A DNA stretch of 30,841 bases from a virus. A program made the position numbers and the translations under genes. The notes under the pieces were generated by a model that was not told the DNA's origin, ran no database searches, and was given only the letters and a program-made list of their open reading frames with translations. Below are positions 7,260-15,664 of the stretch, piece by piece; positions within the stretch are counted from its first letter, which is position 1; every line of letters starts with the position of its first letter. The stretch spans positions 1 to 30,841 of the IMG/VR virus record IMGVR_UViG_3300037502_001833. One strand, 5' to 3'.

Positions 7260-8291
7260 ATGGATATGTTGATGACATACGGGGACGCCATCAAGGCGAC
7301 GCCAGACGGCAGGGTATCTGGGTACCTTGTGCGTTTCGGCTCGCCGCGCGACACCGACCTCGAGGGCGATTTTTTCACCAAGAGCACGGATTTTGGTCGT
7401 CCGATGGCCGAGGGCGAAACGTTCCCGTTGCGTCTGTATTACGCTCATGGCATGGACCCGAAAATCGGCCGCCGCGCGATCGGCAATGGCACCGTGAAAA
7501 TGACCGACGCCGGTCTGTGGTACGAGGGCCAGATCGAGCAGAGCGACGAATACCGCGCGATGATCAAACGGCTCGCCCAGGAGGGCCGGCTCGGCTTCTC
7601 GAGCGGTGCCGCCGGGCATCTGGTGATCCGCGAGGCCACGGGCGTCGGCAAATCGTCTCGCATCACTGCATGGCCGCTGGGCGAGGCGTCGCTGACGCCG
7701 CGCCCGGCAGAGTCGCGCAACCTCGCGTCTGTCAAATCTCTCGACGAGGTCAAAAACGATTACGAGATGCCCGATATGAGCGAGATGCCGGGCGAGATGC
7801 CCGAATCCGAGGACGAGATGCCCGCGTCGCCAGCCGATGTTTTTGCCGGCTGGCAGATGGACGCAGCCGAATCGATCATCGGGCGACTCACCGGTCGAAT
7901 GCTCGAGGCCGTAGGCGAGATGCTCGAGTACGGGCGGCCGATCGACGAGATCGACGGCGTGCTCACCGAGTATCATCGCATCCTGCTCGAGGTCGCCCAG
8001 ATGCCGACCGCCGGCAAATCGTTCCGACGATCCACCAGTCGCCCGGCGACCATCAAACAATTTGAGCGGCAGCTGCGCGACGCGCTGTCGCTGTCCCGCA
8101 GGGAGGCGGCAGCAATCGCCTCCAAATCGTGGCCCATCCTGCGTGATGCAGAGGACGGCAACGGGTCCGAAACCGAGGACGACGGTCCTGCGGTCGCGGC
8201 GAACAACGACGACCAGACCAAACTGCGGAGCGCACTGCTCCGTCGTTTGATCGCGCAACGCATCGCGGTGCAGACCGCGGTGGAGGTATGA
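7260..8291 (+). CDS. Prohead protease (HK97/S78-like) fused to an acidic scaffold-like C-terminal half; 343 aa.
   Basis: The N-terminal half reads YLVRFGSPRDTDLEGDFF...YYAHG...LGFSSG. The C-terminal half is acidic and helical, with EMP repeats. GGGAG lies upstream of ATG 7260. Confidence 0.8.
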   Translation: MDMLMTYGDAIKATPDGRVSGYLVRFGSPRDTDLEGDFFTKSTDFGRPMAEGETFPLRLYYAHGMDPKIGRRAIGNGTVKMTDAGLWYEGQIEQSDEYRAMIKRLAQEGRLGFSSGAAGHLVIREATGVGKSSRITAWPLGEASLTPRPAESRNLASVKSLDEVKNDYEMPDMSEMPGEMPESEDEMPASPADVFAGWQMDAAESIIGRLTGRMLEAVGEMLEYGRPIDEIDGVLTEYHRILLEVAQMPTAGKSFRRSTSRPATIKQFERQLRDALSLSRREAAAIASKSWPILRDAEDGNGSETEDDGPAVAANNDDQTKLRSALLRRLIAQRIAVQTAVEV

Positions 8292-8293
8292 CC

Positions 8294-9610
8294 ATGAATC
8301 GTATCGACAACCTGCGCGCCCAGATCATCGCCAACGCGACCAAGGCGCAGGACATTCTCAAGGATGACAATTTCGACCCGGCCGAGGCCGAGAAATTGCT
8401 CAACGACAACGAGGTGCTCGAGCAGCGCATCAAGGCACTCAGCCGCCTCAACGGCCGCCAGGATATGCTCCCGTACGGCGCATCTGCCAAGGTCGACCCG
8501 GCCGAGCTCGATGCCAGCGACGCCACCAAGGCGTTCGGCCAGCCGACCAATGCATCGAGCGTGTTCGGTGGCACCCGCCGCGAGGCCAACCTCAAGGCCT
8601 ACCGGTTGGGTATGTGGTTCTTGGGCGCTGTCTGCGGCAACCAGAAAGCTGCGCAGTGGATCGCCGACCGCGGCATCAAGGACCACCTCGAGTCGAACAA
8701 CGCACTGGGCGGCTACCTCGTGCCCGAGGAATTCGCCGGCGAAATCATCAACCTCGTCGAGCAGTACGGCGTGTTCCGCGCCAACGCTCGCGTGGTCTCG
8801 ATGTCCAGCGACACCCGCGTGCAGCCCAAGCGCACCAGCGGCATTACCGCCTATTTTATTGGCGAGGGTGCGTCGATCACGTCGTCCGACAACGGATTTG
8901 ACAACGTGCGGTTGACCGCCAAGAAGCTTGCGGTCTATACCCGTTTGTCGAACGAGCTGAACGAGGACGCGGCCGTCGATCTGGGTGCGTGGGTCGCGCA
9001 GGAGTGCGCCCGTGCGTTCGCCCAGAAAGAGGACGAATGCGGTTTCATCGGCGATGGGACGTCGACCTACGGCGGCATCGTGGGTGCTACCGAGGCGCTC
9101 AAGGGCGTTTCCGGTACCATCTCGTTGATCAAGGGTTTGCAGGTCGCGACCGACAACCTGTACTCGGAACTCGACCTCGCCGATTTCAACGGCGTTGTCG
9201 GCCGTCTCCCGCAGTATGCGGACACCGCCAACGCTGCATGGTACGTCAGCCGGCTGTTCTACCACAACGTCATGCGCAAGCTCGCGGATGCCGCTGGTGG
9301 CAACACCAACGAAACGCTGGCGATGGGCGTCAACCGCGAACCGATTTTCATGGGCTACCCGGTGCGCATCGCTCAGGCCATGCCGTCTGTCGAGGCTAAC
9401 TCGCAGGTCTGCGCGCTCCTGGGCGACCTGTCGCAGGGTGCGTTGTTCGGCGATCGCCGCGGCATCGGCGTCTCGATCTCGGAACACGATGCGTTCCAGG
9501 CCGACGAATTGGCGCTGCGGGCTGTTTCGCGATTCGACATCAACGCATTCGGCGTGGGCGACACCAGTGCCGCCGGCCCGATCGTCGGTCTCATCACCGC
9601 CGCGTCGTAA
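8294..9610 (+). CDS. Major capsid protein, HK97 fold, with an N-terminal delta-like domain.
   Basis: A coiled N-terminal ~100 aa is followed by ALGGYLVPEEF...FIGEGA...LAVYTRLSNELNEDA, typical of HK97-type capsids. ATG 8294 lies 7 nt after GGAGG. ATG 8288 (ATGA overlap) is the alternative start. Confidence 0.9.
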   Translation: MNRIDNLRAQIIANATKAQDILKDDNFDPAEAEKLLNDNEVLEQRIKALSRLNGRQDMLPYGASAKVDPAELDASDATKAFGQPTNASSVFGGTRREANLKAYRLGMWFLGAVCGNQKAAQWIADRGIKDHLESNNALGGYLVPEEFAGEIINLVEQYGVFRANARVVSMSSDTRVQPKRTSGITAYFIGEGASITSSDNGFDNVRLTAKKLAVYTRLSNELNEDAAVDLGAWVAQECARAFAQKEDECGFIGDGTSTYGGIVGATEALKGVSGTISLIKGLQVATDNLYSELDLADFNGVVGRLPQYADTANAAWYVSRLFYHNVMRKLADAAGGNTNETLAMGVNREPIFMGYPVRIAQAMPSVEANSQVCALLGDLSQGALFGDRRGIGVSISEHDAFQADELALRAVSRFDINAFGVGDTSAAGPIVGLITAAS

Positions 9611-9621
9611 CACTGACAATG

Positions 9622-9647
9622 CCGGCCGAGTCGCGAGGCTCGGCCGG
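9622..9647 (+). other. Stem-loop immediately after the capsid gene, with no U-tract.
   Basis: CCGGCCGAG (9622-9630) pairs with CTCGGCCGG (9639-9647) around an 8-nt loop. It abuts the SD of the next gene. Confidence 0.5.
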
Positions 9648-9661
9648 TGGAGGATTGAATC

Positions 9662-10108
9662 ATGGTTTCTGCACAGGCCGTCCGCTATTTCAACATCACG
9701 CCGCCCGCGGCCATTGTTGACGCTGCGGATTTCACGACCAACGTCATCGACACCGTCGCCAATGGTGTCAAATACGACTACCTCACTGTCGTTGTCCAGC
9801 TGGGCGCGACCGACATCGCGATGACTGCGCTCAAAATGCAGCAGTCGGATGCCAGTGGCTCTGGTTTTGCCGACATCACCGGCACCGTCGGTGGCACCGA
9901 TTTCACGTTGCCGTCCGCAACCGATGACAACGGGTTTGTCGTGTTCAACATCGACCTGCGCGGTAAAAAGCGGTATTTCGACTTGGTCGCAACCGCTGGC
10001 AACGGTACGCTCGGCACATTCATGTCGGCCGTCGCCATCCTGTCCCGCGCCAAGGTTGGCCCGAATTCGGCGACCGACAGCAACGCTCTCGCAGTGGTGA
10101 CTGTCTGA
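9662..10108 (+). CDS. Hypothetical virion protein, 148 aa. By position it could be a head decoration or accessory protein.
   Basis: GGAGG at 9649-9653 precedes ATG 9662. The sequence looks beta-rich and the gene follows the capsid gene directly. Confidence 0.6.
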   Translation: MVSAQAVRYFNITPPAAIVDAADFTTNVIDTVANGVKYDYLTVVVQLGATDIAMTALKMQQSDASGSGFADITGTVGGTDFTLPSATDDNGFVVFNIDLRGKKRYFDLVATAGNGTLGTFMSAVAILSRAKVGPNSATDSNALAVVTV

Positions 10109-10599
10109 TGGCACGGACCCGCGCACAGACCGCCGAGCAACTGGCACCGCTCTGCTCTGCCGAGCTGTACCCGACGCTCTCGTCCGACGATCTCCTGCGG
10201 ATCGTCGACGGGGCTGTGCGCGGGTCTACCCATGCGGTCTCCACGGCCTACGCTGTCGGAGACCGTGTGGTACCCGCGACACCCAATGGTCGGTTGTACC
10301 GGGCCGTACGCGCCGGCACGAGCGCAGCGACCGCACCAGACTGGGCAACCGAGCCCGGTCTCCAATACACAGGCCAGCGATACAGCGACGGCGACGACCT
10401 GCTCTGGGAGGACGACGGACCCGCGCCGGTCGAGATGTACGACCTCAAATTGGCGGCACAGCGGGCATGGCTCGAGAAGGCCGGCCGAGCCGCCGCCGAT
10501 ATGGCCGTGAGCGACCAAAACAAATCGGTGCAGCTCCAGCAGGTGCACCAGCATTGTCTCGAGATGGCGACCCGTTATCGCCCGATGGGGATCTGGTGA
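10108..10599 (+). CDS. Putative head-tail connector/adaptor, 163 aa.
   Basis: TGATG overlap with the upstream stop. The call rests on synteny with HK97-like modules. The protein contains an AGTS-x-ATAPDW-type motif that is common in phage structural proteins. Confidence 0.5.
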   Translation: MARTRAQTAEQLAPLCSAELYPTLSSDDLLRIVDGAVRGSTHAVSTAYAVGDRVVPATPNGRLYRAVRAGTSAATAPDWATEPGLQYTGQRYSDGDDLLWEDDGPAPVEMYDLKLAAQRAWLEKAGRAAADMAVSDQNKSVQLQQVHQHCLEMATRYRPMGIW

Positions 10600-10970
10600 T
10601 GATCCCGACCGATCTCCTGGCGCACATCAGCGGGCGCATGGCATCCATCGTCGCAACCGAGACCGTCGATATTTACCGGCAGGTCACCGACAGCGACGGC
10701 ATGGGCGGCATCACCGTATCCTGGCGCAGGGTCGGTCACGATATCCCGGGTGCCAAAACATACAACAGCGGCGACCATTCGCAGGTCGGCGGCGGTCTAC
10801 TGCAGGAGGGCGAATGGACATGGGCGCTGCCGATCGGCACGGACATCCGCACCAGCGACGAGATCAGGACGGACGACATTGCGTGGACGGTCATCGGGAC
10901 CGACTCGCATCGATCGCAACCGCTGATGTTGACGGTGCGTTGCAATCTGGCACAGGACGGTCGAGCATGA
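10599..10970 (+). CDS. Head closure / head-tail joining protein, 123 aa.
   Basis: TGATG overlap with the upstream stop. The size and the pattern VDIYRQVTDSDGMGGITVSW resemble head-tail joining family proteins. Confidence 0.6.
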   Translation: MIPTDLLAHISGRMASIVATETVDIYRQVTDSDGMGGITVSWRRVGHDIPGAKTYNSGDHSQVGGGLLQEGEWTWALPIGTDIRTSDEIRTDDIAWTVIGTDSHRSQPLMLTVRCNLAQDGRA

Positions 10971-11272
10971 CACCGCAGGAATCTCAGGTCGCGTGGAACG
11001 TTGCCGCCGGCGCGGCTGGTGGAGCAGTACGCCACATCGTGCGATTTTTGGCAGACCCGAAACGACGATGGCCGGCGCTGGTGGCCGGCACTGTTACCGG
11101 CACATTTTGTGCCACGTTTCTGACGCCGCTCACCGCCCATGCGATCGGCTGGTCCGACGAGCCAGCAAAAACGACCGGGCTCGCGTTTCTGCTGGGCGTG
11201 ATGGGTATGGAGGCGGTCGAACTCATGCTGATGCGCGTCCGCAAATCGCTCGGCACCGAGGACGCAAAATGA
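10967..11272 (+). CDS. Small membrane protein with 2-3 predicted TM segments, 101 aa; holin-like.
   Basis: ATGA overlap with the upstream stop. Hydrophobic stretches are VAWNVAAGAAGGAV, WPALVAGTVTGTFCATFLTPLTAHAIGW and TTGLAFLLGVMGMEAVELMLM. The C-terminus is charged. Confidence 0.6.
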   Translation: MTPQESQVAWNVAAGAAGGAVRHIVRFLADPKRRWPALVAGTVTGTFCATFLTPLTAHAIGWSDEPAKTTGLAFLLGVMGMEAVELMLMRVRKSLGTEDAK

Positions 11273-11334
11273 CGGTTGTCATTACTCGGCACACTCCCGC
11301 TCAACGCGGTGGCTGACATCGAGGAGGTGCGCTG

Positions 11335-12414
11335 ATGCCTAAGTTTGAAGTTCCGTACAGGATTCCGTTTGAGTCAGGTGGTGCGGCTGCCGTACAGAAT
11401 CTTGCGCTCAATTCAACAACGACATACATAGCGATTGTGTTTGTTGCAGAAGCAACCATTGATGTGAAGAAAGCCGGGTTCTTGGCATCCGCCGCGGGAG
11501 CTGGTGGGCAGAACGTCAACGTTACGATTGAGACTGTCAATGCGGGAGATGGCTTGCCTAGCGGCACTGCTGTTGTATCTACGACCACTGCATTGCCATT
11601 GACTGTCGGGTGGAATGAAGTCACATTTGGCACAAGTGGAACACTGTCAGCAGGCACCTTGTACGCATTGAAGTTACAGATGGCCGCAACTCCAACGACG
11701 GCCACAAGCATTCTCTATGCTTATACGAACATGGAAGAGACATTCGTCCCGTACTTTGTGAATACAGGAACTCGCGCTACAAACCGAGTCACAGAGATGT
11801 TCTACTTAGTAGACAACGCAGGTGGCGCGAAGTATTACGGATGGCCTTTCTATGCACCCACAAACCAAGCGGTCAACAGTAGTCTCCCTGAAATTGGGAT
11901 GAAGTTCAACATACCGACAACGGTATGTTCAACCTACAAACTACTTGGTGTTAAGTTCACTGGTGACCCTAACGCAGTAACTGAAAACGTCAAAATCGCA
12001 ACCTACAACTGGAACGGTGGCAACAATTCAACTGCCCTAGAGGATACAGAGTTCAGCAGTTTTGCCACGGCGAATGCCACGAATACCGCCATTATCGAGT
12101 ACTACTTTGACACCCCGCAGACATTGACTGCTGGTTCGGACTATATTGTTTCCATAGGAACAAGTAATCCAGCATCAGGCAACACTCCTATGACCGTTCG
12201 ATCGTTAACAGTTCCCGATGCTACAAAACCGGCGTTGTTTGATCAGACTTCTGGATACACTTGGGATCGCGTTTCAAGGACGAGCAGTACCGGATCTTGG
12301 ACGACTACTGCTGACAGCAGCCTTGAGATCAAACTGATCTTGGATGTGGCATCATTGCCCAGCGGTGGTGGTCTGCTCGTACACCCGGGCATGACGGGAG
12401 GTATTCGGGGATGA
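11335..12414 (+). CDS. Hypothetical beta-sandwich-like structural or binding protein encoded by a low-GC cassette; 359 aa.
   Basis: GAGGAGG precedes ATG 11335. Two similar halves end in LSAGTLYALKLQ and LTAGSDYIVSIG. Two sampled 60-nt lines are 42-50% GC against ~58-65% in the flanks. Confidence 0.7.
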   Translation: MPKFEVPYRIPFESGGAAAVQNLALNSTTTYIAIVFVAEATIDVKKAGFLASAAGAGGQNVNVTIETVNAGDGLPSGTAVVSTTTALPLTVGWNEVTFGTSGTLSAGTLYALKLQMAATPTTATSILYAYTNMEETFVPYFVNTGTRATNRVTEMFYLVDNAGGAKYYGWPFYAPTNQAVNSSLPEIGMKFNIPTTVCSTYKLLGVKFTGDPNAVTENVKIATYNWNGGNNSTALEDTEFSSFATANATNTAIIEYYFDTPQTLTAGSDYIVSIGTSNPASGNTPMTVRSLTVPDATKPALFDQTSGYTWDRVSRTSSTGSWTTTADSSLEIKLILDVASLPSGGGLLVHPGMTGGIRG

Positions 12415-14336
12415 GCAAACGCTGGATCAAAACCGGGCTGACCGACCAGACCATAGACATATTTGTCCTCGATTCGTCCTCGACGACGGGAGCAGGATTG
12501 ACTGGATTGACGTCCGGTACGTCTGGTTTGACCTGTTATTACCGCAAGGGTGCCACTGGATCAGCACAGCAACTTACGCTTGCCAGCCAGACGGTCGGTG
12601 GCGCTCATGCGGACGGTGGCTTCGTTGCGATCGACGGCACCAATATGCCGGGCCTGTACCGGCTGGATCTCTCGGACACAATGGTTGCCGCCGAGGGGAT
12701 GCTCACGATCTACCTGCGCGGAGCGACGAACATGGCTCCGGTTGTCGCGGAACTGGAGATCGTCGATGTGGACATCTACGACTCCGTGCGTCTGGGGTTG
12801 ACCGCATTGCCCAACGTGGCAAGCGGATCGGCTGGTGCGATCATCACCAGTGGCACCGGCACCGCCCAACTCAATACCGCCAGTGGCAACGTCACGGTCG
12901 GGACAAACAACGACAAAACCGGGTACAGCCTGGCGACTGCTCCTCCGACCTCGGCAGAGATTGCTGATGCGGTCTGGGACGAGGCGCTATCGGGTCATCT
13001 GTCGAGCGGATCAACCGGCGCGGCACTCAACGCGGCAGGTGCCGCTGGCGATCCGTGGTCCACATCGATCCCTGGCGCATACGGTGCGGGAACAGCAGGA
13101 TACATTCTCGGCACAAACATCGACGCGACCATATCGAGCCGGTTGGCATCGGGCAACGTCACGGTCGGTGGGTTTGCCTCTGGCGCGATCACATCGACGG
13201 CATTCGGCACCGGGGCATTGACGTCCAACGCATTCGCCGCCGGGGCCATCGCGCCGGGAGTGCTGGCGGCAACATCGATCACCAATACGACGTTCACAAA
13301 CGGGGCCATCACGGCGGCTGTCATTGCGACTGGTGCGATTACGGCCGACGAAATATCGTCCAACGCGGCGCAGGAGATCGCCAACGCGGTCTGGTCTGCC
13401 AACATCAACAACGATTACGCGATCAGCCCGACCCCATCGGCCGCATGGGCCAACGACACGATGGGCAAGCGCGTGCTGCGATCGTCGAACAACACCGACG
13501 CCACAGAGGCCCTGGTTGCGGACGCTGTCTGGGACGAGGACAACCGGGATCACCTGCTGGCGCATTCGACCGGCAAAAACCTCGACCAGATCCGCAAAGC
13601 AAATTACCTCACCGACGGCACTGTCAACAGCACGACCGGCGCGTCGACGACATCGTTCCGCACGACCCTCACCGAGCCGAATGACACGTTCGACCACCAG
13701 ACGATCCTGTTTGTTACGGGCGATCTGGCTGGCGAATCCAAACCGATCCTGTCGTACGCGCAGACCAACGGGGTGATCACGCTGGACGAGCCGCTCACCG
13801 CGGTCCCGGCGCTGAACGATGAATTTGTGATCCTGCCTACACACGTTCATCCGTTGTCCGTCATGGTCTCCCAGATCGCGGACGGTGTCTGGGACGAAAC
13901 GCTTGCGAACCATCTCACGGCAGGCTCGACGGGAGCGGCGCTGGACGGTGCTGGTGGCGGTGGCTCGACGACGACGTTCGTCACCGGCAATCTGCCATAT
14001 CGCGTCAAATCCGACGAGCAGTTTCCGGGCGGTGTGGTCGACATCAACATCGGTACCCTTATGCGGCTCGATCTCCAGATCGTCGACCGCGACGACAACC
14101 CGATCAATCTCACGGGCGGCACCGTCACCGTCGGCGTCCGAAACGCCAGCACCGGCGCGACGGTCGGCACCGATCAGAGCGCGACACTGTCGTTGGCCCG
14201 GCTGGGATATATTTACGTCGACACCGTTGCAGACTGGTCGGCGACCGCCGGCACATACCGCATCACGGTGTCGGCGACACTCGGCAGCGACGTCATCGTC
14301 GCCGGCCCGCTCCAGCTGATTGTGAGGACTCGATAA
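12411..14336 (+). CDS. Fibre-like protein with repeated AVWDE...HL..GSTGAAL motifs and a C-terminal Ig-like domain; 641 aa.
   Basis: ATGA overlap with the upstream stop. The central region is Gly/Ala/Thr-rich and repetitive. The motif occurs three times, near nt 12966, 13519 and 13879. Confidence 0.75.
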   Translation: MSKRWIKTGLTDQTIDIFVLDSSSTTGAGLTGLTSGTSGLTCYYRKGATGSAQQLTLASQTVGGAHADGGFVAIDGTNMPGLYRLDLSDTMVAAEGMLTIYLRGATNMAPVVAELEIVDVDIYDSVRLGLTALPNVASGSAGAIITSGTGTAQLNTASGNVTVGTNNDKTGYSLATAPPTSAEIADAVWDEALSGHLSSGSTGAALNAAGAAGDPWSTSIPGAYGAGTAGYILGTNIDATISSRLASGNVTVGGFASGAITSTAFGTGALTSNAFAAGAIAPGVLAATSITNTTFTNGAITAAVIATGAITADEISSNAAQEIANAVWSANINNDYAISPTPSAAWANDTMGKRVLRSSNNTDATEALVADAVWDEDNRDHLLAHSTGKNLDQIRKANYLTDGTVNSTTGASTTSFRTTLTEPNDTFDHQTILFVTGDLAGESKPILSYAQTNGVITLDEPLTAVPALNDEFVILPTHVHPLSVMVSQIADGVWDETLANHLTAGSTGAALDGAGGGGSTTTFVTGNLPYRVKSDEQFPGGVVDINIGTLMRLDLQIVDRDDNPINLTGGTVTVGVRNASTGATVGTDQSATLSLARLGYIYVDTVADWSATAGTYRITVSATLGSDVIVAGPLQLIVRTR

Positions 14337-14704
14337 TGGCGATCCTGCGCGAGGGCCCGTGGCGAATCTACCAGTCGCCCGAAACGTGTGGCGACGATGC
14401 GTCGGTCATCGACACATACATCGGCGATGCCCATGAGTACGAGCTCGAGGCCCGCGCCGGCGACGGCACGGTGCTCGACATCACGGGCTACAGTCTGTCC
14501 GGTCGAGTCACCAACGCCAGCACCAATGCAATCGTGCTCAACAACCAGACGGTTACGGCCGCGTACGCCGCCGGCGGGCGCATGACCTGGACGCCATCGA
14601 CAGCATGGGCGACAGCCGGGACGTATCGTCTGACGATATCGCTGACAGCCGCCGGCGAGGTCGTCATCCTGGGACCGCTGGTGATACGGGTGCGGCCTCG
14701 ATGA
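14336..14704 (+). CDS. Ig-like domain protein paralogous to the C-terminus of the 641-aa protein; 122 aa.
   Basis: TAATG overlap with the upstream stop. ATAGTYRLTISLTAAGEVVILGPLVIRVRPR aligns with ATAGTYRITVSATLGSDVIVAGPLQLIVRTR in the upstream gene. Confidence 0.7.
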   Translation: MAILREGPWRIYQSPETCGDDASVIDTYIGDAHEYELEARAGDGTVLDITGYSLSGRVTNASTNAIVLNNQTVTAAYAAGGRMTWTPSTAWATAGTYRLTISLTAAGEVVILGPLVIRVRPR

Positions 14705-15171
14705 ACATCGACATCACCATCAATACCCGCGGCCTCGATATGACGCGCCAACATCTGGATCGCCTCGACGCGATCGTGCGCACGATGGCGCTCACGGTAC
14801 AGGCGGGTGCTGCGGCCTCGATGACCGGTCCCAAATCAGGACGCGTGTACAGGATTGGCCGTCGCAGACGCGCGAGTGGCAGCGCTCCGAAACGTCGGTC
14901 GAAACCGCGACTGCACAGGGCATCCGCTCCAGGTGAATCGCCGGCACGGCTGACCGGCAACCTCGCCAACGCCATCAAGACGCGGCGCACCGGCGCATCG
15001 ACGTACGAGGTATACGTGATGCAGTCGGCTGCACGGTATGCGATCCCATTGGAATTCGGTGCACCGCGCCGTCGGCTGGCACCGCGTCCGTTCATGCGCC
15101 CGGCGCTCGAGGCCGTGCGCAAACCATTCGTCGCGGCGATCGAGCGCGAGCTGTTCGGAGGATTGTTCTGA
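14701..15171 (+). CDS. HK97 gp10-family tail/neck component, 156 aa.
   Basis: ATGA overlap with the upstream stop. The motifs SAPGESPARLTGNL...YAIPLEFG...RPFMRPA are typical of the gp10 family. Confidence 0.75.
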   Translation: MNIDITINTRGLDMTRQHLDRLDAIVRTMALTVQAGAAASMTGPKSGRVYRIGRRRRASGSAPKRRSKPRLHRASAPGESPARLTGNLANAIKTRRTGASTYEVYVMQSAARYAIPLEFGAPRRRLAPRPFMRPALEAVRKPFVAAIERELFGGLF

Positions 15172-15656
15172 TGGCCGTTGAAGCGCTCGTCATCGAGGAC
15201 TGGATTTACGACACGCTGTCGACCGACCAGACGCTCGCCGAGGCTCTGGCCGGCGAGGATCGCGCACCGTTTTGGCAGGTCGGGGTCTACAGCACGATCG
15301 CGCCATTGGTCGATCCGCGCACGGGCAAACCGCCCGCGACACCGTACATCGTGTACACCAACGAGGGCGTCGCCGGCGACGACGACATCGCGCTCTGCGG
15401 ACAGCGGATAATGTCCGAGCCGGTGTACCGGATCGCAGTCTGGGACAGCGCCAAGGGCGCGGTCTCCTGGGCGAAAATACGAGCGGTCGCCGACCGCATC
15501 GATGCGCTGGTGGACAACCAGACGCTGGCAACCACGCCACCCGCGTGGTCTCGCCGCCTAACCGCCTCGACGGACATCGAGGTCAGCAACGACGGCCTGA
15601 TTGATTACGCGATCAGCCAGACGTATCATTTCCGCGTCAAATCCAACGCATCATAG
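15171..15656 (+). CDS. Tail completion/terminator-like protein (DUF3168-like pattern), 161 aa.
   Basis: TGATG overlap with the upstream stop. It lies immediately before the major tail gene and contains PYIVYT...YRIAVW. Confidence 0.6.
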   Translation: MAVEALVIEDWIYDTLSTDQTLAEALAGEDRAPFWQVGVYSTIAPLVDPRTGKPPATPYIVYTNEGVAGDDDIALCGQRIMSEPVYRIAVWDSAKGAVSWAKIRAVADRIDALVDNQTLATTPPAWSRRLTASTDIEVSNDGLIDYAISQTYHFRVKSNAS

Positions 15657-15664
15657 GAGCCACC

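Noticed and set aside
14043-14704. A diversity-generating retroelement (template/variable repeat pair) suggested by the duplicated Ig-like domain.
   Set aside because: The two copies are similar at the protein level only, the DNA has diverged at many positions of all base types, and no reverse transcriptase gene is present in the genome.
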